64,000 bases of DNA from Octopus vulgaris (taxonomy: Eukaryota): assembly GCA_951406725.2 (NCBI GenBank), contig OX597819.1, positions 8,060,001 through 8,124,000 of the forward strand, read 5' to 3'. The notes under the pieces were generated by a model that made no database searches, was not told the DNA's origin, and saw only the letters and a list, made by a program, of their open reading frames with translations. This document shows positions 1 through 13,068 of the stretch, piece by piece. Positions within the stretch are counted from its first letter, which is position 1. Each line of letters starts with the position of its first letter. The position numbers were made by a program, and so were the translations under genes.

Positions 1-83
1 CTTAAATGATACACTTCTGAAAAGTTTTACAAATTCTTACAGTTCTGATGATGACTTGTAGTCTTCGAATCAGCTTTCTCCAA

Positions 84-202
84 TGTATGTATGTATGTAT
101 GTATGTATGTATGTATGTATGTATGTATGTATGTATGTATGTATGTATGTATGTATGTATGTATGTATGTATGTATGTAGGCATGTATGTATGTATGTAT
201 GT
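84..202. repeat. (TATG)n microsatellite
   Basis: Near-perfect tetranucleotide run; explains the HTYI/MYVC ORFs. Confidence 0.97.
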
Positions 203-695
203 AATTATTCAGTATATTTCAAGATTTCTTGCTAATAGAGAAAGAACCGGTTTCTGACCTAGATCCAAGGCTCCTTCACTGGAATTTCAACATTAACAAT
301 AGAGTATTTCTGTTTGTGCGTATGTATGCATGTATCTATGTATGTATGTATCTATGTATGTACGTATGTATGTATGCATGCATATATTTATATATGTATG
401 TGAAGATTTGTATATTTTATGTCTGTTTTCTTATGCATATAGTTGCATATCTAGACATGTTCATATATAGGAGAGTATTGTAGTTCGCTTGAAGCATTGT
501 TTATTGTTTGTAAAGAATAAAAAGTTTTGAATGGTACAACAATGCACTATAATACAGACAATGGTCTATATACCTGTTGTAATTTAGTCAACCATAGTCT
601 GATATGATATTTCGGAATAATATTCCTTCCTCAGATATTCTTAGATAGAGTAGCTACTGTAATCGCTTTTCCAACGGCTTTTCTTTATTTCTTTT

Positions 696-740
696 TTCGG
701 AAGCGTTTCAGGAGTGGTCTCACGACGCTCCTTCCGGAAT
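696..740 (-). ncRNA. Degenerate hammerhead-like motif downstream of a PLE ORF
   Basis: Minus strand CCGGAAG-GAGCGTC-GTGA-GACCACTCC-TGAAAC-GCTTC: stem II with a GNRA loop and GAAAC, but a mutated CUGAnGA box; about 200 bp 3' of the GIY-YIG ORF, where PLE pLTR ribozymes sit. Confidence 0.4.
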
Positions 741-943
741 TCCTCATGAGAAGCGTGTGAGGTCGGCCATGTCTCAATCTCGTGTGTGCTGGTACATCCG
801 TAGCGCTGCTTCTAAGTTATGTATTATACATGCAGCTTCTTTTTTCCCTTCTTTTTTCTCTTTTCTTCTTTGTTTTTTTTTTATTGTTATAAACTACAAA
901 TGAGCATATTATCAAAAATGAAACTACACTCAAATAGATGTAT

Positions 944-1440
944 CTAAATAATATATTGATTACCAGCCTCCAGCCTGTTGTTAATTTGGGGCCCTATTCT
1001 GTGTATGAGTATAGCTTCTTTAATCCTTAATTTGCCCAAATTTCTTTCATTGGCCTCAATTGTAATTGTTATGCTGTTGTCGGTGTTCCGGCATCTGTCT
1101 AGATGTTTTCTGAAGGAGAAATCTCTCGTGTTCAGATATTCTTTGATGCGGACCTGTAACGGTCTTGTTGTGCTACGCACATAGAACTTGTTGCATTTGT
1201 TACATTGTATTCTATACACAACATTAACCCGTTGGCTTAAATGAGTGTCACGGATGGGACAGTTTGTTAGTGTACATTGATTGTTGTCCATTGTTCGTTT
1301 CTTAGTGAAGTGTCCTCTCAGAGAGGGGCCGGAGTGGGCTAATTGTATATCTAGCCCTTCTCTTCTTATGGCTCTTCCGATGGATGTAGTTATCCTCTCG
1401 CTAAAACGGGGTATTTTAAGGAAGCATGTGTTGCTGGGTT
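944..1440 (-). mobile_element. Penelope-like element 3' fragment, GIY-YIG endonuclease (ORF 944-1291)
   Basis: NVVYRIQCNKCNKFYVRSTTRPLQVRIKEY...KH...LRIKEAILIHRIGPQIN fits the PLE GIY-YIG pattern (VVY..CxxC..YVG.T.R.L..R..EH; E...I....P.LN). The G and H substitutions indicate decay. Confidence 0.88.
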
Positions 1441-3229
1441 TTCTGGCAGTAGTAGTAATAGTATTAGTAGCAGCAGCAGTTGTAGTAGTAGTAGTAGTAA
1501 ATATGTGTGCTCTGGGCGTACGAGTTTGGGTATGTGTGTATGCTTTGTGTTTCTTCAGGTGTATTTGCGTCTATACGTGTTTGTGTATGTGTTGAATGAA
1601 GTATACTAGTGTATTTTTAGTGCTTCGGTATTCACTGTGCCCCAATATCTCAAAAACTAAAACTTTATTCACGTCGAACTATTTGCTATAATTCAATCTA
1701 ACTTTTTTCTTTTGTCTCGACCCGTGTGGAGGTAGCTACTTTGTCATTTGGTTGCCGACTTGTTATTTCAGAAGCTGAATATCAGCTCAAATAAAAGAGT
1801 AACAACGTTGAGTCTTATTACATTCTTAATGCAATGTCGGCAATTTAAAGCACTACCAACGGAAATATGTAGTCAGTAGTCTTTCGTGAAACTTTGATTT
1901 ATTTTTTAAGATGAGGAATTGTCTATCAACGTTGGTAGTCGACTGAGACCAGAGAGAATGAGAGGACGAGACCTTTTCTATTACATTGCTCCGATATAAT
2001 GCCATGGGCAATATTTGAACTCGTGGTAGTTAGTTTGATAGTCCAGTAGTTCAGTACATTAACACCCAGGTCATTGTATCCGATTTAAAGCAATTTAATA
2101 TGATTTAACATGTTTATTCAGTTGGAAAATAAACACTAGTCTGCAATATATTCTCCTATCCAGCTATATATGTGTGGTTGTGGTGAGAGTCGTAGTTGCG
2201 ATGGTGGTAGTGGCGATGGTAATAGCGGCGATAGTAGTGGTGGTGGTGGTGGTGGTGGTGGTGGTGATGGAAGCAGTGATAATGGTTGTGGGAAATATGT
2301 ACTACATCCGTTTTATGCTACATAGATAAACCAGAAAATAGAATAGACAGGATCTAAAGGATTTTCTATAGCCTTCCATATTGAATGAATATTTGAAAGA
2401 AGCTGAGTCAGCAGATCAGAGAACATAGATTATTGTAATTAAACGTCTGCTTTTGTTGATTGTTATCAAAAGATAAAGCTTTGTTGCTGAGATATGAGAT
2501 ATGTCTTTTCTACAGACTCACTAAAATATAAGGTGATTTCTTTATCTAATACAAAACTGTATAAAATTTGTTTTGACAAATGAAATCACAAGCCGATATA
2601 TCACAACGTTCTCTGTTGTCCTTAAAAAGACTAATTTTCCTTTCTCGCTCATCATCAATATATCACGACACTATGCGGTTATCCAGTGATTGCGTTCTTT
2701 ATCGCCATTTGCAATGTTGCTTGTTGATGATCGTTCACACTTGAATCACGCTGAATAGTCAGAAAGAAGTTTGCTATTAAGAAACTGAACGCGGATGCGA
2801 ACCAAACCATATTCAGACCATATTCCTTTTGGCAGCACCTTTCTGACGTTTGCCCATCCGGTGAAATATCACGAGATCTCGCTCAATCAGCTAACTAGCG
2901 CGGCTGGCTGAATAATAGAAACAAGCGATCTTGATTCATAAGACGGCAGAAAGATTTCTTTTTCCATTTGCCAATAACTTCATAAAAAGAAAAGAGTGGG
3001 AATGAATGAAAGAAGAATGGCGAAGGCGTAAGGGAAGAAAGATATAATGATAGAAGAAGAAGAATAACAAAGAGAGAAAGAATAAAAGGGGAAAAAAAAG
3101 GAAGAGAGAACAGCAATAGACACTGTTGACCTTACTATGAGCTGTAGCATCAATCAGCGTAGAGAAATGGCCGACTGTCATGAACTATTCATTGCCTCAA
3201 CGGACCCGTAGCACTGAAGTTAAACTTAC

Positions 3230-3364
3230 GCATGGCGTTCTCCATTGACAGATTGTATTGGCCGTGACATATCTGGATCATGTTTGACGTCCGCCAGCAC
3301 CAGTCTCCTCCATTTTGCAGAGCTTGCAACAGTTTTTAATTTAGGTATTTGGTAAAATGTGTGA
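3230..3364 (-). CDS. Candidate internal coding exon (135 nt, phase 2-2) of an unidentified host gene
   Basis: Minus strand ttacAG acceptor and perfect GTAAGT donor. Length is a multiple of 3, the sequence is non-repetitive and the frame is open: (S)HTFYQIPKLKTVASSAKWRRLVLADVKHDPDMSRPIQSVNGERH(A). Confidence 0.6.
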
Positions 3365-3454
3365 CTGTAATGTAATGCAATGCAGAGTACACCATTACGT
3401 ATATCGACGCTTATAAGGATGAGCCGATACGGATACATATATATACATACATAC

Positions 3455-3498
<44 letters not shown>

Positions 3499-3668
3499 GA
3501 CTGTGTTTGCGTGCGTGAGCGCGTGCGTATGTGCATGTCTGCATGTAAATGTACATAGACGTATGTAGAAATAAGCTGATATGTGTGTGTGTATGTGTGT
3601 GTGAGTGTGTCGACGTATGTATCCAAGTATATAGTGGACTATGATTAGAAGTCTGTATCCATAAGAAG

Positions 3669-3706
<38 letters not shown>

Positions 3707-3749
3707 CATATATATATATATATATATGTTTATTTTCATAAAGCTTCCC

Positions 3750-3799
<50 letters not shown>

Positions 3800-3975
3800 A
3801 TGTGTATGGATCCTCTATAACTGCCTACACATACCTAAGCGTTCTTTCATGTGTTTCCATTTAAAACTGAATGCATCTGCGTTTATATTCATAAATACAC
3901 ACACGGATAAATGCATACACACATGCAAACACATATATACGCACATATATACATAAATGTGTATACAAACACTCT

Positions 3976-4025
<50 letters not shown>

Positions 4026-4194
4026 TACGTCAATACACGTGTATACACATGCACAAATATAAGCATATAGTATGTTATACATTTGTAAATACCAATCTGA
4101 TACGGAAAAATAATACCGTTTGCAGGCAAAAATCGATACATACACACACACATATTTATACATGAACACTCCTCTTCTTGCGCCTGCTACTCTT

Positions 4195-4323
4195 TTTCTC
4201 TTCATCTTCTTCCATCATCATCATCATCATCGTTATCATCTACTGCTGCTACGCCTCCTCCACCCCTCATCCGCTCTTCCTTTTCCTCCTCTTCCCTTCT
4301 TTTTCCTCCTCCCTCTGCTGCTG

Positions 4324-4380
<57 letters not shown>

Positions 4381-4382
4381 AC

Positions 4383-4416
<34 letters not shown>

Positions 4417-4628
4417 TTCTACAATAGGCACAGGGCCTGGAATTTGTGGCGGAGGGGTATAGCCAATTCATCAAACCTAGCACTCATCTTGTACTTATTT
4501 TATCGACCCCGAAAACATGAAACTCAAATGCGAATTCCCCAGAATATGAACTCAGAATATGAAGACGGAGGAAATGCTGATAAGCAATTTATCCGGAGGG
4601 CTAACGACTCTGCTAGCTCGCCACCTAC

Positions 4629-4693
<65 letters not shown>

Positions 4694-4903
4694 AATAATA
4701 ATAATAATAATAAAAATAGTAGTAATAGCAGTAGTAGTAGTAGCAGCGGCAGCAGTAGTCCTAGTAGTAGTAGTAGTAGTAGTAGTAGTAGCAGCAGCAG
4801 TAGTAGTAGTAGTGGTAGTAGTAGTAATAGTAGTAGGTGTAGTAGTTGTAGTAGTAGTAGTAGTTGTTGTAGTAGTAGTAGTTGTTGTTGTAGTAGTAGT
4901 AGT

Positions 4904-4959
<56 letters not shown>

Positions 4960-4970
4960 CGGCAGCAGCG

Positions 4971-5010
<40 letters not shown>

Positions 5011-5018
5011 TAGTAGTG

Positions 5019-5049
<31 letters not shown>

Positions 5050-5060
5050 CGGCAGCAGCG

Positions 5061-5127
<67 letters not shown>

Positions 5128-5150
5128 TAGTAGTAGTAGTAGTAGTAGTA
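4195..5150. repeat. Compound trinucleotide block (CAT/CTA/AAT/GAT/AGT/AGC) containing a degraded minus-strand SINE at about 4420-4625
   Basis: Direct reading of the repeats; the SINE remnant matches family C motifs (tatcgaccccgaaa, ctctgctagctcgcc). Confidence 0.9.
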
Positions 5151-5442
5151 ATTGCTTCGAATTTTGGCTCAGGGCTAGTAGATTTTAGGGGAAGTTGGAT
5201 AGAGGCTTACATCGACCCCAAATATTGACTGGTACTTTATTTCTATCAATACAAACTAGGTACCTGTTCAAATATACTCGAGGCATATTCAAAACAGTAT
5301 GAGAGCCATTCACTTATTTTTGTCATGGAGAAAATATCTCGCTGTAGACAAATAATTGTAAATACACCGAGTCAGTTCGCAACGTTACGTAACCAGACTG
5401 TTGGATGCATGCATTTCGGAGTGGTTATCTCCTCCTCACTTT

Positions 5443-5826
5443 GGAAGCACTCCGTCGGTTACGACGATGAGGGTTCCGGTTGATCCGAATCAACGGAACA
5501 GCCTGTTCGTGAAGTTAACGTGTAAGTGGCTGAGCACTCCACAGACACGTGTACCCTTAACGTAGTTCTCGGGGATATTCAGCGTGACACAGAGAGTGAC
5601 AAGGCCGGCCCTTTGAAATTCAGGTACAACAGAAACAGGAAGTAAGAGTGAGAGAAAGTTGTGGTGTAAGAGTACAGCAGGGATCACCACCATCCCCTGC
5701 CGGAGCCTCGTGGAGCTTTTAGGTGTTTTCGCTCAATAAACACTCACAACGCCCGGTCTGAGAATCGAAACCGCGATCCTACGACCGCGAGTCCGCTGCC
5801 CTAACCACTGGGCCATTGCGCCTCCA
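5443..5826 (-). mobile_element. tRNA-derived SINE, family A (about 380 bp)
   Basis: Head GGAGGCGCAATGGCCCAGTGGTTAGGGCAGCGGACTCGCGGTC...GGTTTCGATTC with A and B boxes; six near-identical copies in the window. Confidence 0.93.
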
Positions 5827-5979
5827 CTACCACCTCCTCCTCAGTAACACGGGCCGGAAAGGTGAACTGACATAAGAGACAGGTTACTGTTATGATGTTC
5901 CTGTTTAATGGCTGGTTGCACCATTCGGTGGCTCGCTGTAAATAAAGTACGGGATGACAGCACTAATCAGTGATGTGTA

Positions 5980-6885
5980 GAGGCGCGTGGCTTAGTGGTT
6001 ATGATATTCGGCAAGGCGGCGAGCTGGCAGAAACGTTAGCACGCTGGGCGAAATGCTTAGCGGTATTTCTTCTGCGTTACGTTGTGAGTTCAAAATCCGC
6101 CGAGGTCGACTTTGCCTTTCATCCTTTCGGGGTCGATAAATTAAGTACCAGTTACGCACTGGGGTCGATGTAATCGACTTAATACCTATGTCTCTCCTTG
6201 TTTGTCCTCTCTGTGTTTAGCCCCTTGTGGGTAATAAAGAAATAGGTATTTCGTCTGCCGTTACGTTCTGAGTTCAAATTCCGCCGAGGTCGACTTCGCT
6301 TTCATCCTTTCGGGGTCGATTAAATAAGTACCAGTTACGCACTGGGGTCGATATAATTGACTTAGTTCATTTGTCTGTCCTTGTTTGTCCCCTCTGTGTT
6401 TAGCCCCTTGTGGGTAATAAAGAAATAGGTATTTCGTCTGCCGTTACGTTCTGAGTTCAAATTCCGCCGATGTCGACTTTGCCTTTCATCCTTCCGGGCT
6501 CGATAAATTAAGTACCAGTTACGCACTGGAGTCGATGTAATCGACTTAATACCTATGTCTGTCCTTGTTTGTCCCCTCTGTGTTTAGCTCCTTGTGGGTA
6601 ATAAAGAAATAGGTTATGGTATTCGGTTCACGATCGTAATATCGGGAATTCGATAACAGGTAGCGCGTTGTGTCCTTGAGCAAGACACATTATTTCACGT
6701 AGCTCCAGTCCTCTCAGCAGGCAAAAGTAGGTAGTATCTGCATTTCAGTGCCACGCTGAATCTTGCCGAGGCTTCTGCTAAGCTTTCGCGCGTCTATGGA
6801 GTGGTCAGCTACTTGCACGTTAATTTCACGACAAGGCTTTTCCGTAAAATGGATCAACTGGAAAACTCGTCTTCGTAACCGATAG
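5980..6885 (+). mobile_element. SINE family D copy split by a family C insertion
   Basis: Head GAGGCGCGTGGCTTAGTGGTT at 5980 resumes at 6612; CORE-like tgtccttgagcaagacac segment; 15-bp near-TSD at 5997-6011 and 6612-6626. Confidence 0.8.
6012..6611 (+). mobile_element. SINE family C trimer (one full unit plus two 5'-truncated units)
   Basis: Units at about 6012-6245, 6246-6427 and 6428-6611. Each ends in gtaataaagaaata; the later units start at ggtatttcgtctgcc. Confidence 0.9.
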
Positions 6886-7053
6886 AAGACCAGTCTTCTT
6901 ACTAGGTCAAATATGTTGGAGGAATAATCGAATTGGTAAATTATATATTTAAAAATCAATGCAGATAAAGAAACCTAGCTCATCAGAGCACCAGAATACC
7001 ATGGTTACACCAATGCTTCATATCTAAGCATCATTTCCCTTTATATATATATA

Positions 7054-7446
7054 CTAGCAGTATCGCCCGGCGTTGCTCGGGTTTGTAAGGGAAATAACTA
7101 TATAAGCATTGTTAGAGATGTAAAGTATAATAGCCATCTCAATATGGCTAACCACAAAGGTGGGTGTTACTGTAGCTTTTTACGTTCTGAGATTTAATGA
7201 TAAATTTTAGAGAGTTACTTCCCTTATATATGCCAAAAATGCATTAAAAATGGGAAAAATTGATGGTAATTTTTTTTTAAATCGTAGACTCATCGTAGAC
7301 GCGCGCTAATACCCAGAAGGGCTCGATATGAATCACGAGTATAAGATACCCGGTTTTGGTTAAACTGCACCGCAAAATGTGGGAGTAGTTAGGAATCTAA
7401 ATCGTAGGAGACAGACAGCACACAACTTCACTTTTATATATAAAGA
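7054..7446 (-). mobile_element. Non-autonomous Helitron, family H1
   Basis: Minus strand A|TC...CCCGAGCAACGCCGGG hairpin...CTAG|T, inserted at an AT site with no TSD; near-identical copies at 14623 and 25399. Confidence 0.9.
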
Positions 7447-7881
7447 TGTATTATATGATGCGTAGCATGAATAATAGTGCAGACATGTAAACATAAATTA
7501 TTGTACATTGAAATTATTATTGCATAAAGAAGGCTGGAAAATAGCCGTAATTATAAGGATGAGAAGTGATTAAATAAATACATTCACTTCTCATACTTCC
7601 TGACATTTTATGGTTTACATTGAAATATATATATAGACAATGGGTGATAAAATGCAAGTTTAAACTTGGTATGGATCGTCACCAAGTAGTTCTCAGAGAA
7701 ATCAGAATCTTGAGTCCTAACTCTTTCATCGAGGTGAGATAGTCCAGAAGTAGTACAATCGACTAGAAGAATTCTTGAAATCGCGCGTGTTGAAATAATA
7801 AGACAGACAAAAGGTATCAGGTGAAAGACATTATTGATACAAGAAGTTGCGTACAATTTACATGATATATTCATTTTATAT

Positions 7882-8020
7882 CGTTACAGCTGTTTCGAGT
7901 AGTCGGTGACTGGTTGAAATAATTCATAGCTGGTGCAATCCTGAAATAAAGTAAAGTATCAACTAGCACGGATTTTGATAGCATCAAGCAGGTCAGTCAT
8001 GGCATTCCCTCTCGAGAAGA
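7882..8020 (-). ncRNA. Degenerate long-stem-II hammerhead remnant
   Basis: Minus strand 3' half CTC-GAAA-CAGCTG-TA has a palindromic stem III; partial stem II TGACTG/CAGTCA; 5' core decayed. Confidence 0.35.
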
Positions 8021-9062
8021 AGGAAAAATGTATGATAGTAGATAGTGTTTATAAATAAGTACATGTTAGGCCAAAACATTAGAGATGAAAAGGGAAGATT
8101 GTAGTGAGAAGTGTTGAAGTACGAAGAAAGGGAGAAGAAGCGATGTGAGTGTATATGTGAAGTGTTGGGAAATATAGGTAGAGGGAAACGATCGAGTGAT
8201 CAAGGGAGTGGTGGAGAGAACAAAGAGGAAAAAGGAACTGGCTGGATGAAGGAGAGTAGGGAGAAGTCAAGACGGCTATGGGTGAGTCAGTCAGTACGAG
8301 TTGTTCAGTGTCCGCACAAGAGTTATAGACAACGACTATATTTGTAAGTAATTGGTGCAACAGACGTGATCAAAGGGGCCACATTATTCATATCAGAGGC
8401 GAAGAGTAAGAAATAAAAACAAACCCTATAAAAATATAGACGCGCATTGTATAGAGTGGTAGTGTCATTAAGTATAAATACCATATATACGGGAAGGGGA
8501 GAGGTGATGTAGGAGAATGACGGCCAAATACTAACTCGAGGTAAGGGAGAGGATAGAACAGGAAGTGGGCAATGGATGTGATTTCCCACAACCCAGAGAA
8601 CAGACGTATGTGTAATATAAAGAATAGAGAGTTCGAGAGAAGGAAGTGATCATCGGAGTGATGCAACTATACCTAGCAGGCAATAATTACAATAGTAATT
8701 ATTTTAACGGGAATTATAGTTCTCATAACTGCTCCTTCAGAAATAATAATGAAAATAAAATAAGTAATATCACTTATGATAATAACTTCCACTCTAGTGA
8801 CAATAGCAAGTGTATAAGCAATAGGAGCCACTACAAAGGTTATAGGAATATCAGGTATGACAAAGCTAAAAGTAAAACTGGAGACTTAATTTAAAATGGG
8901 AAAAACACTAATGATTCTCTTTACAACTGGAATAAGACTAGAAATTTTGGGGGATAGGGTTACGGCCCCAAAAGGATGAGTATCAACGTCGACTTCGGTT
9001 GAATTTGAACCCAGAACATAAAGGTGCTAAGCGTTCCATCCGGCGAGATAACGATTCTGCCA

Positions 9063-9364
<302 letters not shown>

Positions 9365-9373
<9 letters not shown>

Positions 9374-10047
9374 AATTTAATAAATTGCAAGTTTGTGTGT
9401 TTGTGAATTTTTTACTTTAACTCCTCCGAGACTATCCAACAGACTTTGATGAAAGTTGGCACGTGTCTGGGGCTGCTTATGTGGTCACTGACGCAACTGG
9501 AATTTTTTTAAATCGATTTTTAATCAGCATCGATTTTATAAAAATCGTAAAATTTCGGCATTTTCCGCTCTAGCCATCATGGCATAAATTTGACGAAAAA
9601 TGCCGAAATTTGATGAAAAATGTTTCATGGGTATAAACAGACAGCTTATTAACGGTAATCTATTTAGCATTTGCTAATTCTTCATTTCAATGCGAATTGG
9701 TTTGATTTGCTAAAACTTATTATTTCAATTCGTTGTTTTAATTCCACAGCGTTTCAGGTTTTGATTAGGTAGGACCATTTTATTTCTCAAGCAAAATTTA
9801 GGCATCTTGCGCACAAGACGTCGTAATATCAATTTCATGAAATCTGCCCCAAAGCGTAAAATTTTGACATTTTACGCACATGCACAAAAATGACGATGAT
9901 ACGGTTTCGCTACCAGACTACGCTTATTTTTTCGTCAAATTGCTCCGACCTATTAATATAGATTTTAAATTTTTGAAAAATGCCAAAATTTGACGGAAAA
10001 TGTTTCATGGCTATTAACGGTAATTTATTAACGGATATCTCAGCTAG
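9365..10047 (+). mobile_element. Probable non-autonomous Helitron with internal repeats
   Basis: Starts ATAATAAA...GTTTGTGTGTTTGTG (Helitron-like 5' end) and ends CAGCTAG|T; internal repeat aaaaatgcc.aaatttga.g.aaaatgtttcatgg at about 9596 and 9976. Confidence 0.6.
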
Positions 10048-10120
<73 letters not shown>

Positions 10121-10125
10121 GTCTA

Positions 10126-10253
<128 letters not shown>

Positions 10254-10880
10254 TAAATGAAAGAATGGAGTCGAACGAAGATGTTAACAAAATTCCTTTA
10301 CTCTCGACATATGTTTCTGACGTGAATCTGCTACCCAAGTTTCGGTTAAACGAATTTTCCATGCTGACGATAAACATAGGATAATTCATTCACCTATTTA
10401 TATATATATATATATATATACATATATATTCTAGATCTTAACACAGTACACGTGGGTACAAAAGAGTGTTGCGAATTATACTTGGCGGTATATCTTTGCG
10501 AGTGTGAATGGATATTTGTCATGCGATTTCGCCGATCGCATGCATATTTTGAAATACTCGTAAATTTATCTTATGGAATACGTCCTCTGATGAGAGCAGT
10601 AAGTGAAACATTTAAATTTACTTTAAGCTTGAAAGTCGAGTTAACCGAACTTTGTTGATTCATTATTTTTCTTTTGATTATATAGTCTATTATTCTCGGA
10701 GTTTTTCAGGTGGCAATAGGAGCTTTAGCGTCTATTGCTTGCAGTGCGTAATGAGGCGTAAAGCTAATTATGTATATAATCATAAAATATTTTGTAAAAT
10801 TTACCTATGAGGTTTTTATTTCCGCACTGACTATCGGGTAAAATAATTATTGATTTTACGCTTTTATTATAATTAATATT

Positions 10881-10949
<69 letters not shown>

Positions 10950-11922
10950 CAAAGTGAAGTTGTAAGGTACCACACGAGTGGAAATGTATATGAAAGAAGG
11001 TTTGAAAATGCAAATTTAAAGATGTTTATTCACTTAACCGCTTTCACTTTTTTTAGAGAAAGATTGTCAAAAGCAAAATTAAAGCTTTGTAAAAGCTTTA
11101 TTGTGTTCACAAAATATTACAATACATATATACATTCTTTGACAATAATAATAAGAAAATGTTAAAAACAGTTTACAAGGAAATATCTTGAGAAAATATG
11201 AAAAAGTTCATTAAAAATATTAGGATTTCATTTAAAATCATGTTTGCTTGGAAGTATCTATATATATATATATACAGAAAAGTATTAGTTCAAAGAAAGT
11301 CAGATTTGGTAGTATATATATACATTGAAGGAGATACATTTAGGAGTTTACAAAGAATTTTAGATGAACTGACCTGTTTTCGCATTTTTTCATTTTCTGT
11401 AAAGCTAAAGGTTGTTTAGTATTTTAAGGGACAGTGTGGGAGGTTGGTTTGGGTGGGGGGAAGGAAGAGCAATGTGGAATTGAAAGGATTTTTTTGTTTC
11501 TCTTTCATGGTTGGTCTTTCATGGTTCAGTGGTTTTTGGGACTGGTCTCAGAGGTCAGAATGGTGTGAGTGTGTGTGTCTGTGTGTGTTATAAACATGTG
11601 TTTGTGCTTGCGTGTGTGGGCCGTTTTTGATTGGTCCCAGGATCTATTGTGGTGTATACATGTGTTTGTGTTTGTTTGTGTGGGCCGTTTTTGATTGGTC
11701 CCAGGGTTTATTGTGGTGTATTACATACAAACACACACACCCATATATTTCAGCCATGTAACTACACACGTGCTTTTCTCAGGATATTTTTTTCTTTTCT
11801 CCAGACATTTCCTCTGACGAAGATTTATGGTCAAAAGTCATACCTCCTTTTTCCTTCTTCAACTGGAGATTCACTGTCTACGTCTTTTGGGATTTTATTG
11901 TTTTTGCTTCATTTTTTATTTG

Positions 11923-11992
<70 letters not shown>

Positions 11993-12073
11993 TTTTTGTA
12001 TTTGCCTATATATATATATATGTACATTTTTTTATTTGCCTATATATATATATATATACTCGACTCGACTAGA

Positions 12074-13068
12074 CTAGACTACTCGTGACCCAATAGTTCA
12101 AGGTACCCGAAAAAACCGCGTATATCGGGAATCTGTGATCCGATTTACACAAAACTTCTGTTATTCGTACTTCGGTGTGAAATAATTTTTTCTACAGGGT
12201 TTTTTCGAGTGCATTCAAGGCATCTCACCTTGAAACCCCCTGCACGCTACTTTCTTTTGGAAAAGAAACGGAGGAAGGTTGTAGGGATATCGGAGTATCC
12301 CACCAACGGAGTTTTGTTTCGTGAGTCTTTCGTTTCCAGGTTATTTCGCATACTTTCAACGAATGTGACATCGAAATCGCGCGTAAACGGCTCCTTTACA
12401 CAGAAATGGCAAGATTTGGCTGCTATTTCTTGCACGCCCTGCAACCACGTAACAACTATTTCGGGTCCTTCATCGCATATAGCTGTTACGTGGTAGTAGG
12501 GTGTGTTAGAAATAGCAACCAAATCTTTGTAGGTGAGATATATTGAATGCACTCGAAAAAAAACCAAGGAAAAATTATTTCAAACCGAGTCTACGAACAA
12601 GCCTTTTTTATGAAATATTTACTGTATTTTTAAAGTCATTTTCACTTCAAATTATTTCTAAAATATACCAAAAAAGTACATTTATAATGGTATTCACTTA
12701 ATGATTTTTAAAGATAATTTTTAAAAGTAATTTTCAAAAAGATTAAAGGAAGTTTAATTAAAGTTTAAAGGAAGCTAAAATATAAATACTTACTGTACAA
12801 TCAACTTACATTTTTTAAATCACATTCACTTAAAATATTTGTAGATGATTAAAATATTATGTTTAACAAAAGCGAAAATAGAAACATTTAGGGTAAAAAA
12901 AAACAAATCGTATGTTTTCGTTGGCAAGTCACCGAAATAATCAAAAGGTTAGAGTTTCATCCCTTTCAGTGTTAGGCTATTTTCGGAGTATTTTCCTATT
13001 ATACGCTAGTTTGGCTACGTAACATTGCAAGGAAGCAGGATTCAAATTCATTTTTAATATAATATAGA
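12074..13068 (-). mobile_element. Non-autonomous Helitron, family H2 (second copy at about 22850-23844)
   Basis: Minus strand begins A|TCTATATTATATTAAAA and ends GTAGTCTAG|T; carries an internal ~65 bp inverted repeat. Confidence 0.7.

Noticed and set aside
1753-1843. Possible pre-miRNA hairpin (TTGCCGAC...GTCGGCAA)
   Set aside because: Only the basal 8-11 bp pair; the rest does not form a continuous stem.
6012-6611. Regularly spaced repeats resembling a CRISPR array
   Set aside because: Units are ~180-bp SINE segments with no unique spacers, in eukaryotic DNA.
12209-12567. Overlapping 95-aa and 106-aa non-repetitive ORFs (also at 22985-23343)
   Set aside because: They lie inside Helitron H2, show no recognisable motif, and are repeated only because of the duplication.
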